From Chlorokybus atmophyticus (lineage: Eukaryota > Plantae > Mesostigma and Chlorokybus algae), in assembly GCA_009103225.1 (NCBI GenBank), contig RHPI01003516.1:86062-150061 (forward strand): a stretch of DNA of 64,000 bases, written 5' to 3'. The position numbers and the translations under genes were made by a program. Below the pieces are notes generated by a model. The model did no database searches. It saw only the letters and a program-made list of their open reading frames with translations, and was not told the DNA's origin. Each line of letters opens with the position of its first letter. The stretch's first letter is position 1. This document shows positions 1 to 12,632 of this stretch, one piece after another.

Positions 1-12
1 TTTCAACAAGCC

Positions 13-759
13 ATGGCGCAAGCTCGCGCATCCGCGTCCGTTACAGCTCCTGTGGTTGCTCCATCAGCCTCTCGTCATGTGAAGCTACCAAAACCAAAGT
101 CATTCAAGGGTCAAAGGAACGGTGACTGTGTCGAGGAGTGGGTGTTTGCCGTTTCGACATGGTTGAAGCTCACCGAGGTACCCATACATCTCCGGGTCGA
201 TGTGGCTGCTACTTTCTTTAAGGGAGCTGCACTTGTGTGGTGGCGTCATCGTTGTGCTCGTGTAGAAGCTGGTCTTGAGGTTCCTTTCACTACCGTGGCT
301 GAGCTGGCTGCTGAGGTGAAGAAACAGTTCGTACCGGTGGAGAGTGTGAAGACGGCATGCGACCAGCTCTCTACGCTTGTGCAATCGCAGTTCGTGATGG
401 CCTATACCTCTGCGTTTCAGCGTCTTGTGCTCTCCGTACCCAGCGTGACTGAGGAGGAGCAGCTACACCGCTACACGCGCGGGTTGAAGACTCTTTGTCG
501 CAAGGAAGTTGAGCTTCGTGACGCGAAGACTCTTGCGGAGGCCATTCGCATCGCCGAGCGTACGGACGTGTTGTACTTCAAGGGGACTGCCAAATACGCT
601 GATCGTGGACACTTCAATCAGTCTCGTGGAGGTTCGTATCGCTCGTACGCATCTGTTGGGGCTGGTTCGGGAGCTGTAGCAGCTCATGGGGCTGGCTCGG
701 GGCCAATTCCAATGGAGTTGGGTGCTCTCCATGTCTCCAAGAAGGGGACAAGGGGTTGA
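13..759 (+). CDS. gag: Ty3/gypsy gag (retrotransposon capsid), family distinct from G
   Basis: 248-aa ORF with 'LPKPKSFKG...VEEWVF', 'QLHRYTRGL...EVEL...TLAEAIRIAE' and a terminal 'PMELG' motif. A decayed CCHC-like knuckle follows the stop. Confidence 0.85.
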   Translation: MAQARASASVTAPVVAPSASRHVKLPKPKSFKGQRNGDCVEEWVFAVSTWLKLTEVPIHLRVDVAATFFKGAALVWWRHRCARVEAGLEVPFTTVAELAAEVKKQFVPVESVKTACDQLSTLVQSQFVMAYTSAFQRLVLSVPSVTEEEQLHRYTRGLKTLCRKEVELRDAKTLAEAIRIAERTDVLYFKGTAKYADRGHFNQSRGGSYRSYASVGAGSGAVAAHGAGSGPIPMELGALHVSKKGTRG

Positions 760-1020
760 GAAGATTCCAAGGCAGTTCGGAAGTATTGGGAGTGCTCTTC
801 CGCTGATCATGTGCGCTCTAGCTGCCCCATCTTTAAAGCAAAGTCTGCTGCACATGCCCGCAACGCTCGCGGCGGTGGACGCGTGAACATGGTGGAGGAG
901 GATATGTTACAGCCGAGAAACGGCTCACCTCGTAGCTGAAGAGGCTCCTGCTGCGGTGGTGATGCAGCCTCACTATGATGTTGAAGGTCCAGCGGCTGGC
1001 GTGGAAGCATTGTTGGCGGC

Positions 1021-1362
1021 ATGTGCGCAGCGGCAACGCAAAGCGGTGTGGTTCGTGTGCCCGACAAGGCGAGGCAGCTGTTTGGAGTCATGGCTCTGAT
1101 CCGGGAGGGCAATGGGCCTTGGATGGAGTGTAAGATGCTAGTGGATTGCGGCGCGAACAGCAACTTTATAAGTCGTGAGGTTGCGCGTCGGCACAAGTGG
1201 CTGTCATGGGCAAATGCTGGTTCGGTGGCTCTAGCGGACGGCTATGCACCAGTAGGAGGAGCTTCTAAGCAAAGCAAAGAGCTTGAGATGCACGTGGGGA
1301 TGATGAAGGATCGCCTACGCTTTTGCTGCATCGAGGTGAACAATGGCTTTGATGGCATTTTA
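1021..1362 (+). pseudogene. Ty3/gypsy aspartic protease fragment, truncated at about 1362
   Basis: 'MLVDCGANSNFIS' catalytic motif and '...FDGIL' end. The sequence then switches to a G-family terminus. Confidence 0.8.
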
Positions 1363-1463
1363 CTGGTCAGTGACGCGCGGGTCGCCATGCTGGTAAGCCG
1401 GGCGAGGGTCTCGCTGTAGGCATGCCCGATGACGACTGGCATGCCCAAGCGATAGGCATGACA
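1363..1463 (-). mobile_element. About 100-bp remnant of a G-family A terminus inserted into the integrase of another G copy
   Basis: The reverse complement begins TGTCATGCC at 1463 and aligns with the A starts at 2451, 15851, 27120 and 29200. Confidence 0.75.
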
Positions 1464-2168
1464 AGTATGAGAAGAACATCTGGGACGACCACCTTCCGTG
1501 GGTGGCTCCTGGATACCGATTGTCAGAGCAGGCGGATCTGCGCGAGTACAGCCCATACCTGCTGATTGGGCATCCGCCATTGCTTCCGTTTCGTGCATAG
1601 CAGGAAGTAGACCGTGTGGTAAACAACCTCGACGATCTTAACTGGATGCACCACAACATTACCACACGCGCCACGCTGTTCGAGCATACCGTCCCGATGG
1701 CCTTCAACAACTTGCGCATCGCACAGCACCGCGACACCCTGCACTACAAGCGCGTGCGGAGCGGCTTCTATAAGGAGCACCAACGGCGGTTTTAAGCAGG
1801 GGACTTTGCCTACCGCATGGCAGCCACCAAAAACACGCTCGACACCTCCGTGGGCCGCACCGTCTACAAGGTACTCAAGGTGTACCCCACAGGAGTGGAC
1901 CTCCTTGTCAGAGTGGCGAGAGGTGAACTGCGCGCCATGTCACCTTCCTTACATAGCGGGCTTTGCGCACATCTAGCACCCTCGCCCCGCCCGCAGCACA
2001 CGCTGTAAACGCTGCGGCAGTGCCGACGACAACGCACTCATGATGCTCTGCAATGGCTGCTACAAGGGCCTGCATTGCTACTGTCTGGAGCCCCCATTAG
2101 ACGCGATACCCATGAAGGGGTACTAGTGCAATGATTGCTGCACCCACGGTCCTCCTCACCTGGGTTAA
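1464..2168 (+). pseudogene. G-family integrase C-terminus plus PHD finger, decayed
   Basis: Colinear with the 3' end of ORF 17164..21402 (WDDHLPWV..., FEHTVPMAFNNLRIAQHRDTL..., CGSADD..LMMLC.GC..G.HCYCL). Contains stops and frameshifts. Confidence 0.9.
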
Positions 2169-2213
2169 TAGCTGAGCTATGGAGCTGGAACCTCCCTAGA
2201 AGCTCAGGGGGGG

Positions 2214-2448
2214 GGGGCTTGTTGACTGTGTGGCCTACAGCACAGCATGTACACTAAGGAGGACACCGCCTCCACATGTCCGTGTGATTCAGCGACAGCG
2301 GAACTCCACCAAGCACTCCTCGCCATACAAGCTGGGTTATCTTTTATTTTATCTACATATTATGACATGTTGCAGCGACAGGGCTAGCAAGTGTAGCGGC
2401 CCGAGACAGTGTGACCCTCGACTCTCCTCGACCCGGCAGCTGTCATGC
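2214..2448 (+). repeat. G-family B repeat, internal copy B1
   Basis: Follows a G-run PPT and starts with the 14-bp r motif (GGGGCTTGTTGACT). Direct repeat of 3031-3270; homologous to 16879-17118 (minus). Confidence 0.85.
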
Positions 2449-2450
2449 CT

Positions 2451-3044
2451 ACTGCCCACGCATACCAGCTTTCATAGAGCATGGCTACATCGAAACCATC
2501 GCCCGGCCTACCAGCATACCATCGCGCACGTCACTGACCAGTAGCTAGGTCATGACTCCAGAGTAGCTCACGACCATAGCCTACATAGGCACCGCGCGTA
2601 GCTGTTTAGTTGTGAGTTCGGTTATAAGGTGTGTTCTATATTGAGTGACAATCGCTGTGGAAATAGCCTCGATATAACCGTTAGCTTGTGTTCTGAAACA
2701 GTCATGATTTGACCTGTATCAATAGTCAAAGTGTTCACCGGATCAGCTGGTGACACTGTGAGTGCGAAAGCTAAGAGCTTGTGAAACGACTTAAACTGCG
2801 AACACGCCATCCCGGTTACCAAGAACCCCCTCACTGTGTGAGAGCCGGTGCAAGCTCGTGTGTGCATCGTGCTTGTTATCGTTGTGAGCTTGGTGTGCCT
2901 GGTTGCAGTGTGTTTGTTGGCATTAGTCAGGGCATAATATCCACGTGTTGCTTGCCCATTCACCTCACTTAACAGTGTAACACATTTTTCGCTCATGCAA
3001 AGAGCTGTGTAAACAGCACTACCTATAGTAGTGGCTTGTTGACT
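2451..3044 (+). repeat. G-family A repeat, internal copy A2
   Basis: Starts TGTCATGCC, is closely similar to 29200-29792, and ends in r (GTGGCTTGTTGACT, 3031-3044). Confidence 0.85.
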
Positions 3045-3270
3045 GTGTGTCCTACAGCACAGCATGTACACTAAGGAGGACACCGCCTCCACATGTCCGT
3101 GTGACTCAGCGATAGCGGAGCAGCTCCACCAAGTACTCCTCGCCATACGAGCTGGGTTATCTTTTACCGCTGCTACATGTTATAACATGTTGCAGCGACA
3201 GGGCTAACAAGCATGTCTCTTCCTGTAGCGGCCCGAGACAGTGTGACCCTCGACTCTCCTCGCCCCGACA
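3031..3270 (+). repeat. G-family B repeat, terminal copy B2
   Basis: Direct repeat of B1 ending ...CCCGACA. It is followed directly by copia integrase-region sequence on the opposite strand. Confidence 0.8.
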
Positions 3271-5132
3271 GCTCGCATGTTGCTGACGTCTGGGGTCTTC
3301 ACGAAGAACAGCTCCCACGGAGTCTTTGCTTGAACTGCGGTGTGTACGGGGCTGTTGTCTGATGCACAATGCCTTGTGAAGACCAGAATGCGGACAGCTC
3401 CTTGTTCAGGTACTCCCTTCCTCTGTCACTTCTAACTGTCTTCACAAATTTGCCAGACACATTCTTCAACCACAGTACCACCTCTTTCACCACAGCTGGG
3501 ACATCTAACTTGAGCTTCACATGACGCACCAATAACAGCTTGGGGAAGTTATCAAGGAAGGTGACAATGTACGATGCTGACCCCTTCGATGGCTTTGATA
3601 ACGGACTACACACATCTGTGTGCACCAACTGTCCAACGTGCTCGCTGATACTCTTAGACTTTTAGAAAGAATGCTTATGCATCTTGGACAGCACACATGG
3701 CTCGCACAACACACCTCTGGACTGCTTAATTTGCGCCTTGCTTACATTGATGCCTCTGACCTGATCTTTAGCCACCAGATGATGAAGGTTGTTATACCCA
3801 AGGTGTCCGAACCTTCGATGCCATAGTTCAGCTGACTCAGAAACTGTCGCCACCAGCGCCTTGTCAGTCTCAGCTTCTTCTATCAAATAAAGCCCGTCCT
3901 GCTGTTCCCTCGCGATGAGACACACCTTGCCATCAACACGCAGACAGACCTCTGCTCCTTTTCCTCCTCTTTTTCTGGACATATTAGCTCCAGCCTTTAA
4001 CGCAACCTTCATGGAGAAGGCTAGCCTGTGCACGTGGGACATAAAGCCCCTTCTTCAGCTCCACCCTGTACACACCTTCTCCCACCTTGTATTGAGGAAT
4101 TGCCTGGCCTGTACCCGCTACCTCCAGGCTCCCACCCAACACCTCTACAGTGCCGGGACTTGTCTGAACCTTATGGTTCTGTAGCAGCCCAGCATCCGGA
4201 GTAGGATGCTGCGTACAACCAGAATCGAACACCCACCCAGACATTTGTCTTTTTGTGGATGCTGTGAAGGCAACTGCTCCACCCACTCCTCTTTGTCCAC
4301 CCTGCAAATTGCCCTTTGCTAATCTCAGCTGCTGACAATCACTCGTCCTGTGCCCAACTTGGTCACAATGGAAGCACTTCCCTTAAAAGGCTTTTTTTGC
4401 TTCTTCTGATCTACACTCATGTTGCCAATGTTGTTGTTGCTTGTACCAGCTCCTCCAAATGGCTGCGCTCGAGCAGCGAATGCACTGGACTCTTTATCAG
4501 CCTCGTTGCCCTTGATCCTTGATCTGATCTTCAACTGGATTGGTAAAATCTCTTCAAGAGGGCCAGCTTAATTGGTACTAATACCCTCCAACACGATCAC
4601 AACAATATCAAACTCTCGTGGCAACCCAGACAACACATGTAAGCACAGATCAACCTCTGAGACTAACTCTTCTATGGAGGTGAAATCATTTCTGAGCTTT
4701 TGTGCACGTCCCAGTTTCTCTGTAACGGTCTCACTAGCAAGCTTCCTCATGTTGTTAAACACTTGCTTGAGCTCAATCTTACGACAAACAGAGCGTGTAG
4801 AGAATATATTTTTAAAAGCATATTTTTAAAAGCTTCCCATGCATGCTTGGCATCAAATTGCATCTGTAGCGTTGGCCAATGGAATGGCCCAACGTGCATA
4901 CTCATCAAAGGCAAAGCATGCAAACTGCTTCGCATCCATGCAGACTTGTTATTGATTGGCGCACTCCCCTTTGGGTCAACGTAGTCCCACAACTTCTTGT
5001 AGATGAGTTTCATCTTCATATCACAGCTCCAGCTGGCGTAGTTGTCATCTCCTAAAGGTTGGTTGATGGTGAACTTCTCCTTCTCTTATCAAATGGTTGC
5101 CATCCTGCTAGCTTCCTGCTGGCTGAACTTCA

Positions 5133-8100
5133 TGTTGAGGATATTTCTATATCCGGTCAGCCTTGCCCTTCATATAGGCATAGGCATCAACTCTGAAGGT
5201 TTGGCCGTCAGAAGGTTCCAGGCGCGGACTTCATTCAAGAAGGTTTTAGGCGGAGACTCCAGTCGAAGAGAAGGTTCCAGGCATGACTTCCAAGCGCGTA
5301 GAAGAACACTCATAACTTGGTGGTTACTGCACCGATTGGCGCGTGGCTTCGCTTGTTAGAAAGGTCTTAAAGTTAGCTACGTGATGCAAATCAATTCATG
5401 ATGATAGGTAACGTGTAGCGTACACAGTTGCTTCTAGAGTAGATAGGTGTATCTGCAGCGGGTATAAAAGCCCATGCTTGAGTTGTAATCAAGTGAAAGT
5501 GTTGCTCTTGTGTATGCTCTCGCGGTTGTAGAGATGTGTGTGTACATGTCCAGCATCAGCCTTAGCTACATGTGTTGCTAGCTTCTTCAACAGGTTATGG
5601 GCCCACACCACGTGTTAAGGGTGTGGTAGAAGCAGACACTAGTTACTACACTACGGTAGCTTGTGAGTAGCAGAGTCTTGGGTCCCAACTGCCAGAGAGG
5701 AGCAGGCGCGGCAAAGATGGAGACTAGCTACAACAAGGGGTTAATTGCGAAGTTGGACATCGACAACTACAGCACATGGTGTGGAGATGAAGGCGCTTCT
5801 CATCCACAAAAAGATGTGGAAGTACGTGGATCCGAAGGCACCACCACCAATACCAGGGGTGAATACTGTGTGGTCTGAGCGTTCAGCAGAAGCACACGCT
5901 TTGCTTGTGTTGAATTGCAAACCGCATCACTTTCCCATGCTCACCGCATGTGAAGATGGGAGGCAGGCTAGGGAGAAGCTTGCATCCGTGTTCCGGGCCA
6001 AGAACAACGCCAGAAAGCTTACGCTTCGCAAGCAGCTGAGTGCGCTCAAGAAGGAGGGTGGCGAGCTGATCACCAAGTATGTTGTGCGTGCAAGAGAGCT
6101 GTGGGCGGATCTCAACAACGTCGGCCACAAGATGGAAGAGACGGGAGTCGTACTGGCTATCATGGCAGGACTACCAGCAGAGTATGAAGTCGTCACCACT
6201 CTGTTTGAGACATCGTCATCGGAGCTGACCCTGGACGATGTGTTGCCCAAGTTATTGACTGTGGAGCAACGTGTGGTGAAGAAAGACGAGCACGCCGACG
6301 CTGTCGCCTTCGACACAAGCAAGAAAAAACCCTACAACCATGAAGAGAAGAACAAAAGCAGAGGTGGCAACCTCAATAGGCACAAGAACCTCACGTGCAA
6401 CTACTGTGGCTTCAAGGGTCACATCTTGAAAGACTGTCGCAAGCGCCAACGAGAACAAGGAGCCAGCACCAGCACCAACAGCAGCGGCAACGACCAACGC
6501 AAGGAGAAGAATGTTGCCTTCGCTGCATCAAGGGAGATGTCTACCACATCATGGGCGATAGACCCTTGATGCAACCAGCACCTGACACCACACATGGAGG
6601 TCATGGAAAACTACAGGAAGCTGCAAACCACAAGGAAGGTGGAGGGCTTCAGTGGTCATATGCTGGAGGCTGTAGGCGTGGGTGAAGTGCGGCTCAACTG
6701 CAAGGTTGGTGATGGTGTGAGAGAGGTCTTGCTGAGAGAAGTTCTGCACGTTCCTGGGGCTGCTGCTAGTCTATTCTTTGTGACGGTTGCTGCGCGCGTG
6801 GGAGCTGAGATCATCATCATGGAGGGTCGATGCTCTGTGCTCATGGATGGGGTCGTGCATATAATTGGCATCGCGCAAGGAGGGCTCTACATTGTGGAGC
6901 AGCCTCATAGCATCAAGGCCAGCGTGGTGACGGAGAAGGAAACGGCTGAACTTTGGCATGGGAGGTTCGGGCATCATGGCTACAACAACCTCACACGCCT
7001 GGTGGCTAAAGACATGGTCAAGGGCATCCACGTCAGCAAGGAAGACTTTCAGGCGTCTTCAGGTGTGCTATGTGAACCCTGTGTCATGGCCAAGCAGCAT
7101 AGGATGCCGTTCCCGTCATCTTCTTCTAGCAGTCAACATCCAGGCGAGTTGGTACACATGGATGTTTGCGGGCTTATGCGTGTTGTGGCGAAGGGAGGGG
7201 TAAGGTACTTTGCAACTTTCCTCGACGACCATAGCAAGCTGTCCATCATCTACCCTTCATCTGTGAGGTCGGAAGTTGAAGGAGCTGTGCGCAACGTCAT
7301 GGCATTGCTAGAGACACAATCAGGCAAAAAGATGAAGGCAGTGCGCAGTGATCGAGGAGGGGAGTACAGCAATGCCCAGCTGAAGGACTTCTTCGCCAGC
7401 AAAGGCATAAGGCATGAGACGATGGCGCCCTATACTCCACAGCAAAACGAAGCGGCTGAACCGGACCCTGTTGGAGCGTGTGCGGGCTATGCTCAACGAT
7501 TGCAAGATGGAGGACTCTCTGTGGAAGGAGGCAGTCCTCACTGCCAACTACATCTGCAATCGGTCACCTGCGAGCTCTGATCAGAAGACACCGTGGGAGC
7601 TCTTCTATGGAGCTGCACTCAATGTGAGTGGTATGCGTGTGTTTGGTTGCACAGCATACGCACTAGTGCCAAAGCAGCTACGGCACAAGTTGGAGCCAGT
7701 CAGCAAGAAGGGAGTCTTTCTTGGCTACGAACCAGGCTCAAAGATGTACAGGATCTTGCTGGCAGAGAGCCACAAGATCATCGTCAGCAAAGAGGTGGTG
7801 TTCCATGAAGGGTCACTACCAGAAGCGGGCTTCTTTCCAAAGGATGAAGATGAGGCACAGCCACAAGCCGTTCCTGAGAGAATGGAGGCTTCAGACAAGA
7901 CAGACATAATCACAGAGGCGCCGCCTGCAAGGTCTTCAGGCGAGCAGCAGCAGGCGCCTGTTCGTCGCTACCCTGAGAGGGAGAAAAAGCGCCCAGACTT
8001 CTACCACAAGGCACTTGCAGGCGTGTGCCAAGAGGGTGATAGCACAAAGGAGCCAAGTACATACCAAGAGGCACTGCAAGCACCTGATGCAGAGCAGTGG

Positions 8101-10098
8101 CAGCAAGCCATGGATGAGGAAATCGAGTCACTTCATACCAACCAAACCTGGGTACTTGAGAAGCTACCTTCAGGCGAGAAACCAATCCCTGTCAAGTGGG
8201 TCTTTAAGGTGAAGAGAGACGGTCAAGGCAACATAGAGCGCTACAAGGCAAGGCTCGTGACAAAGGGCTTCTTGCAACAAGAAGGCGTGGACTTCAATGA
8301 GGTCTTCGCGCCTGCAAGTAAGCATGCCACATTCCGCACATTGCTGGCCATGGTTGCGGCTGAAGACTTGGAGCTTCACCACCTTGACGTGAAGACTGCC
8401 TTCCTCTACGGAGAGCTTGAGGAAGAGATCTACATCCAACAACCACCAGGATACGAAGAAGGGGAGCCAGGCACTGTTTGCAAGCTCATTAAGGCGTTGT
8501 ATGGGCTGAGACAGGAACCATGCATGTGGTACATCCGCCTCACCAAGGAGTTTGAAGCACTTGGCTTACAGGCGTCCTCAGCAGACCCTGAACTCTTTTT
8601 CCACCCTTAGAAAAAGGTGTACCTGTTGGTGTACGTGGATGACATCATTATGACCGCCAAGCACAAGAAAGACTTGAAAGAGACGAAGAAGGCACTGCAA
8701 CAGGCGTTCTCAATGCGTGATCTTGGAGAAGCCAAGTGGTTTCCTGGCATGGTGATTGAGCGCGACAGAGCGGCGCACACCATCAAGATCAGTCAGGAGC
8801 AGATAATGAAGAGACTTGTCACCAAGTTCGGGCTCAAGGAGGCAAAAACTAAGTCTACTCCACTTACACTCGGCACCCACCTCGTCAAGGCAAAGGATGA
8901 GGAGATTCTTGACAAGGTCAAGTACCCCTACGGTGAACTGGTAGGCAGCATGCTCTATCTAGCAGTGTGCACACGTCAAGACATTGCACATGCTGTTGGA
9001 GTCCTTGCTCGTTGCATGTCTGCACCGAGCATGGAGCATTGGAAGGCTGCAAAGGGTGTACTTTGCTATGTTGCTGGAAGTGCGACTATTGGCATCAAGT
9101 GTGGGAGCGGGAGCTCCGAGTCGGAGGGCTACTGCGACTCAGACTTTGCAGGAGACCTCGACAGCAGGAGGTCCACGACCGGCTATGTCTTCAAGTTGAA
9201 TGGAGGCATCGTGAGCTGGAACAGTAGGCTGCAGCCAACTACAGCGGCATCCACTTCAGAGGCTAAATACATGGCAGCAGCAGCAGCTACAAAGGAGGCA
9301 TTATGGCTTTGCAAGCTGATGGCACATCTGGAGCACTCAATGTCATGCATTACAATCGACTGCGAAGCAAGGCGCCATCAAGTTACTGAAGCATCCCATC
9401 GCCTCAGCAAGGACAAAGCACATCGATGTCATGCATCACTTTGTCCGTGACAGAGTCACAAGGAAGGAGGTCGAGTTCCAGTACTGCAACACCGAGGCTA
9501 TGCTTGCGGACTTCACGACAAAGGCGTTGTCACCAAGCAAGTTTGAGGCGTGTTGTTCGGGACTTGGCATTTGCATGTGATCATGCAGGAGCAGAGACTC
9601 AAGGACTGAAGGATTAGGACAAGCTGCCCGCGTGGGAGTGTTGAGGATAATTCTATATCCGGTCAGCCTTGCCCTTCATATAGGCATAGGCGTCAACTCC
9701 AAAGGTTTGGCCGCCAGAAGGTTCCAGGCGCGGACTCCATTCAAGAAGGTCCAAGGCGGAGACTCCAGTCGAAGAGAAGGTTCCAGGCACGACTTCCAGG
9801 CGCGTAGAAGAACACTCATAACTCGGTGGTTACTGCACCGATTGGCGCGTGGTTTAGCTTGTTAAAAAGGTCTTAAAGTTAGCTACGTCATGCATATCAA
9901 TTCATGATGATAGGTAGCGTGTAGCGTACACAGTTGCTTCTAGAGTAGAGAGGTGTATCTGCAGCGGGTATAAAAGCCCATGCTTGAGTTGTAATAAAGA
10001 GAAAGTGTTGCTCTTGTGTATGCTCTCGCGGTTGTAGAGTTGTGTGTGTACATGTCCAGCATCAGCCTTAGCTACATGTGTTGCTAGCTTCTTCAACA
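5133..10098 (+). mobile_element. Complete Ty1/copia element A with a decayed gag-pol
   Basis: 460-bp LTRs at 5133-5592 and 9639-10098 (TG...CA, about 20 differences by eye), TSD CTTCA at 5128-5132 and 10099-10103, PBS GGTTATGGGCCCAC, and a PPT. Domain order gag-PR-IN-RT-RH (YVDD, GYCDSDFAGD). Confidence 0.97.
5717..9580 (+). pseudogene. Copia A gag-pol, broken by several frameshifts and stops
   Basis: ORF pieces 5745-6569, 6594-7580, 7414-8610 and 8617-9450 carry a CCHC knuckle, IN D,D35E region, RT and RNase H motifs. Confidence 0.9.
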
Positions 10099-10241
10099 CT
10101 TCATAGCTGAACCCCACAGTCCTCCTGCTTGTCCGCTGTATCTCTCACACTTTCAACTAACAGCTTTAACAACCTCACACACAGAGGAGAACACTCTCTC
10201 ACAGTAGCTAGCTCTACACACGTAGATGTGGGCCCATAATC

Positions 10242-10561
10242 TGTTGACTAGAGATGCTGCATGCAAGCATGCACAATAAGCATACACAGCACAGTGGTAA
10301 GAGCAGAGCTACACCGCCAACGAAGTGACCAGAGAAGTGAACTAACCCAATAACCCGCGGCCTGTTGGCTCTGGGCCCTCAGTCTGGGTCCTACTAAAGA
10401 CCAGACTAGATTGTACCAGTCCTAACTGCCTGCAGCCTATACATGCAACTGCAGCCTATGCGTAGCTTATCACCAGCTTAATAAGATGACTGGACAATAT
10501 CACATAAGTGTCATATGCTATACATGTAGAGAACACTGCAAATCATGCTATATTCTCCACA
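10242..10561 (-). repeat. Copia C-family LTR
   Basis: TG...CA ends; reverse-complement homolog of the LTR at 53867-54208. Confidence 0.9.
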
Positions 10562-10910
10562 ACAGTGTCATCCCCTGGTACAAGTGAGTGTCGTGCATCA
10601 GCGTGGCTTGCATTCTTTTAGCGGCGTTAGTTGCACCAGTGTTGTGTTATAATTGCCAGCACATAGTGCATCCACAAGCACTAATGTAGTGAGTGGTGGC
10701 ATTGGGGGAGCACGAGCAGAGCACACACACTCTGCCTTGCTTTCTCCTGCGCTCACCGTGCAACTTGCATGAGTGAGTTTACACCAGTCAGAGTCTCCAC
10801 CCATCGGTGCGGGCTTTCCCCTGTGGCCGAGGAGACCACCAGCGACTCTGATAGTTGGTTGGGCTCGAACCGGATCACCCCAACACCGCGAACACTGTCA
10901 CCAAGATAAT
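10562..10910 (+). mobile_element. Diverged G-like 5' leader and gag start
   Basis: 'ACAGTGTCATCCCC..CAAGTGAGTG...CACAAGCACTA...' resembles the G leader at 26260-26457 and is followed by an ATG. Confidence 0.45.
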
Positions 10911-11445
10911 AAGCGTGCTGAATGAGCAAGGCAAGCACAATGAGGCCGCGGCGTTAAGCAAAAGTGCTCTGGCAATTCGAGTAGCGACAAAAGTCTCTTC
11001 CAACGACCCGTGGTGACCAAGCTAGGCAAGCACAGCGCTTCCGTTGCAACCCTCAACGGTAAGCTAATGACCAACACAAACAGTTCTACTAGTAATCTGA
11101 TCGTGCTTGATATGTCTTGGGTTGATGTGTATTGTGCGTCGGGGATCGAGGTTTTGAATCGATGCTGCGCAACTAACCTTTCTCACCAGCTGATTGCAAG
11201 ACGGCCTTCCCTCAAGGAATTATGCTCCATGAGCCCAGCAACCAGTCAGGTTGCGTGTTGCAGATGGAGACAATATGCCGCTGTCTAAGACTATCTCTCA
11301 CTCTCCCTGCAATGTGTTCCTGAGCCCTAGAGGGCCCGAAGTCAACAGCAGTGAGAAAGAGCCGCCAAGCACAAAAGAACGTCTGCTCAACATTTAGGCC
11401 GCTGCAGAAACCTTTAAATGTGACAAATGTTCCCTCCCAGGTAGC

Positions 11446-12018
11446 ATGCCACAACAAAGACACACCGAACGCGTCAGCTTTTTAAAAGAGGAGACTGAGG
11501 CAATTGCCGGTTACCTGAACAATGTTGATGCGGAGTATATGGGGGTGGATCTCAAATGGCTCGCACATCATGTACATCCAGTCGTTATTGCGGAGCTCTT
11601 GGATACCCTGCGGTCCACGGGCTTTGTTTTGTATAGCAATGATGGGCACGACATGTTGTACATGTCATTAGCATTTTTGAAATGCAGTGAAGCCAGTAGA
11701 ACCCCGGCGTCAACTGCGGATGCATCCAGTGGATTAAGCCAACAGACCACTACCGCAGCAACAAGTTCGTTACATACCAAAGCTGCAACTAGCAGCCATC
11801 CCATGCAGACCCCAACCTCATCTGCAGAGGCGGAGGATAGTGGAGCGTTAGTGGATCAGATGGGGACCAACAGATTTAGCAGTCACGCGGCAAACGCTTG
11901 TCATTACAGTTGTGACATACCGCTTGCTGCAGGCAAATCTGCCATTCGACCAACGACAACAAAGAGCAAGTTCTCAGAGGGCTACCATCTTTCGTACATG
12001 TATAGCAGTGACCTTTAA
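11446..12018 (+). CDS. Unidentified 190-aa ORF, probably part of a decayed gene
   Basis: Open frame with a protein-like N-terminal half and a Ser/Thr-rich linker. No family recognised. Confidence 0.25.
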   Translation: MPQQRHTERVSFLKEETEAIAGYLNNVDAEYMGVDLKWLAHHVHPVVIAELLDTLRSTGFVLYSNDGHDMLYMSLAFLKCSEASRTPASTADASSGLSQQTTTAATSSLHTKAATSSHPMQTPTSSAEAEDSGALVDQMGTNRFSSHAANACHYSCDIPLAAGKSAIRPTTTKSKFSEGYHLSYMYSSDL

Positions 12019-12632
12019 GACGTGCCAGATGGTGGTACATAAATGATGACGGTGGACACTGACCTGGACTTTTGTAGCAGCGGCGACCCTTATCCCCGGG
12101 TAAGACTTAGTGCTGTTTTTGAGCAAATCTTTGTACTAGGATACGAGATTGACTACAAGTGTACTGCGGATGCGTGTTGTTTTGCAAGGTCTTTATGCGA
12201 GATTAACAAAAGACGGTCAAGCCATTGAGAAGACTCGGAGGTGTTAGCCATTGCTGCCATTGTAGCCGTGTACGACCAGAAGTTATAAACTAGGGCATGT
12301 TATGAATGACATCGAGCTTGGTCTAACAATGTACGCTAACGAAGACATAGTACGGGCAAAGTGCAGCAAGCAAGCAAATCAGAGCCGCAACAAGCAAGCC
12401 TTGCAATATGTGATCGTAGGCCCTTGATGCTAATGTCACAGGCGGTGCAGGTTGGATCATGGCTGAACCGTCGCAATTGGTGGGACAATGGCAGCCGGGA
12501 AAGCGGCATCTATGTCTGTTCCGGCAGTGGCAGGGCCCTCACCAGGACAAGTAATTGCTATGAAAGACGACCCCGACTTTGGCACTGAATTGGAGATCAT
12601 GCAGTATGCCAAGGGCGACTTAAAACCTACAC

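Larger units (their letters stand above)
3271..10561 (-). mobile_element. Ty1/copia element C: 5' LTR, gag, protease and integrase, truncated at 3271 and interrupted by copia A
   Basis: LTR 10242-10561 and PBS GATTATGGGCCCAC. Minus-strand ORFs include 'DNYASWS..MKMKLIYKKLWDYV', 'WVFDSGCTQH', 'LWHRRFGHL...CEPC' and 'VHTDVC...SDRGREY...PYTPQ'. Confidence 0.85.
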
